Shown: piece by piece, positions 35,287-36,420 of the stretch
Position numbering within the stretch: position 1 is the first letter of the stretch
Layout: every line of letters starts with the position of its first letter
From: an uncultured Planctomycetia bacterium
GTDB lineage: Bacteria; Planctomycetota; Planctomycetia; Pirellulales; S012-138
Length of the DNA stretch: 36,420 bases
Direction: 5' to 3'
NCBI GenBank assembly: GCA_942492195.1
Contig: CALOEH010000113.1
Location: 1 to 36,420, forward strand
Program-made: the position numbers and the translations under genes
Notes under the pieces: model-generated
Seen by the model: only the letters and a program-made list of their open reading frames with translations
What the model was told of the DNA's origin: nothing
The model's database searches: none

Positions 35287-36420
35287 TCAATCCCGCCTTG
35301 CAGCTGGCAGCGGTTTAACATCCAGCTTCAACAAATGCGGCCGAATGTCCTGTTCGAACCGGGGCGGCCAGAGCAACAAAGCCACGCGATAAATGGGATC
35401 GTATTCCAGCGCCACTTCGTGCACCGTGAACTTAGGCGTGTCGATGTCGAGTTTCACCCAACGGTTCTCTGCGCAAAGGTAAACGCGGCTCCACACTGGA
35501 TCATCCTTGCCGGCAGGGCCGTACGCCAGGATGGCATCTTGGTCCGGGAGGTAGACAGCTTCACGTGTGGAAACACCGCCTGGTGCAGGCTTCGGATTCT
35601 TTTGCCAACGGCGTTCGCTGAGCGACAGGAACCAGAGTTCCGGCTGCTGGTTCTCATCTGCGGAGAGCATCACCAGCCGGTCGCGTTTTTGGTCGTACAC
35701 GATTGTCATGTGCTCGTTACGGCGTGGCCGGGCTTCGCCCTCGATCTCAAGCTCTTCCCAGCCCCAGCTCGCGGGCTTCCCTGGCTCACCAACGAAGCGA
35801 TACAGTCGCTCCGGTTCGTAGGTTCGCTGGTTTTGGTAAGCCAACATGCCATGGGGCGTGGGAATCGCGATCGGCGAGTACGTGCCGCCGCCGGGGAATG
35901 GCTGCAGGATGGGCTCCAGCCACTGCCGCTGGGCGGGATCGTACAGCCAGGTATGCTTGACCAACCCCTTGGCCTCGCGGTCGTACCACTGTGATCCGCC
36001 CGCGTCGGTGAAGATGCCCAGCTTGCGAACTGGATCGTAGGCGCAGGTGTGCCGCATGTGGCGTGCCCAGGGCTGATTGAAGAACGTCCGCCCAGCCGGC
36101 CGCCGCGCCCAGCGATCGAACGGCTCGGGCGTGAAGGCCGGAGTGCGGTCGATCGTGAAGCGATTGCCCCCGACGTCGTAGAACGCCATGTCGGTGCCCT
36201 GGTAGCCGCTGTGACCGCCTCCCCATTTCATGGCCACGCCGCGGTCGGTGTCGAAGATCGCCGTGCCCCAGGTGCGACCGGCCGTGCTCTTGGGCGGCTG
36301 CATCTCGACCCACTGGTTCGCGGGCAGCTGGGACAGTTCCTGCTCGTGCTGGTTGCGATCTGCCGGCGGCTGATCTTCGTACCAAGCCTTTGTTCGCTCG
36401 GTCTTGAAAGCCACCGTCCC
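35287..36420 (-). CDS. hypothetical protein with repeated Trp/Tyr-Asp beta-strand motifs (Kelch/beta-propeller-like); 5' end may lie beyond the window
   Basis: 375+ codons. Recurring motifs include YDPVRKLGIFTDAGG, WLYDPAQRQW, MTIVYDQKRDRLVMLSADE, WFLSLSERRWQK and VYLCAENRWVKLD, which are reminiscent of Kelch-type blades. The ORF's first Met is 6 nt from the window edge, so the N-terminus may be truncated by the window. Confidence 0.45.
   Translation of the reverse strand, partial: GTVAFKTERTKAWYEDQPPADRNQHEQELSQLPANQWVEMQPPKSTAGRTWGTAIFDTDRGVAMKWGGGHSGYQGTDMAFYDVGGNRFTIDRTPAFTPEPFDRWARRPAGRTFFNQPWARHMRHTCAYDPVRKLGIFTDAGGSQWYDREAKGLVKHTWLYDPAQRQWLEPILQPFPGGGTYSPIAIPTPHGMLAYQNQRTYEPERLYRFVGEPGKPASWGWEELEIEGEARPRRNEHMTIVYDQKRDRLVMLSADENQQPELWFLSLSERRWQKNPKPAPGGVSTREAVYLPDQDAILAYGPAGKDDPVWSRVYLCAENRWVKLDIDTPKFTVHEVALEYDPIYRVALLLWPPRFEQDIRPHLLKLDVKPLPAARRD

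Noticed and set aside
34951-35994. 347-codon plus-strand ORF near the window end
   Set aside because: It is antisense to the better-supported minus-strand repeat-protein gene 35287..36420. The translation is Pro/Arg/Gly-rich with no motifs.

Overview
This is a moderately GC-rich bacterial chromosomal segment. The protein architectures point to a Planctomycetes (Pirellulales-like) genome: a signal peptide fused to a class-I methyltransferase-like domain and a PQQ-type beta-propeller, a membrane-anchored terpenoid-cyclase-fold protein with an acidic linker, an ISAzo13 ('Rhodopirellula-type') transposase fragment, and many starts without a strong Shine-Dalgarno site. Content is mostly core housekeeping genes. 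On the minus strand: rsgA, a large secreted protein with a YiiX-like permuted-papain domain, an RmlC-like cupin, clpX, a small SHOCT-domain membrane protein, a plsC-like acyltransferase, a short secA-family ATPase, an nfeD-flotillin operon, an HpcH/HpaI aldolase, rplU, and a LuxR-type HTH regulator. On the plus strand: a LolA-like secreted protein, RNase R, a PIG-L/LmbE deacetylase, a lipoprotein, a frameshifted methyltransferase-like/PQQ propeller gene, an HD-GYP phosphodiesterase, an enolase-superfamily enzyme, a UPF0104 flippase-like membrane protein, and tRNA-Pro(CGG). One clearly accessory patch (about 17.7-19.4 kb) is a graveyard of at least three unrelated IS remnants: an IS200/IS605 tnpA pseudogene with its subterminal hairpins, an ISAzo13-family transposase 5' fragment, and an IS3/IS66-type orfA fragment. 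It lies directly against the 3' end of the unusually short secA-family gene. I found no CRISPR array, no rRNA, and no recognisable defence or secondary-metabolite system. The most notable oddities are the frame disruptions (the PQQ gene and the N-terminal region of the HD-GYP gene), a degenerating 16-bp tandem repeat array upstream of plsC, a perfect 17-bp tandem duplication across a start codon, and a roughly 1 kb ORF-free structured stretch downstream of the tRNA. All calls come from reading the supplied six-frame translations and the raw sequence; no database search was run. Coordinates in the ORF track include stop codons and use alternative start codons, so several 5' ends are uncertain.
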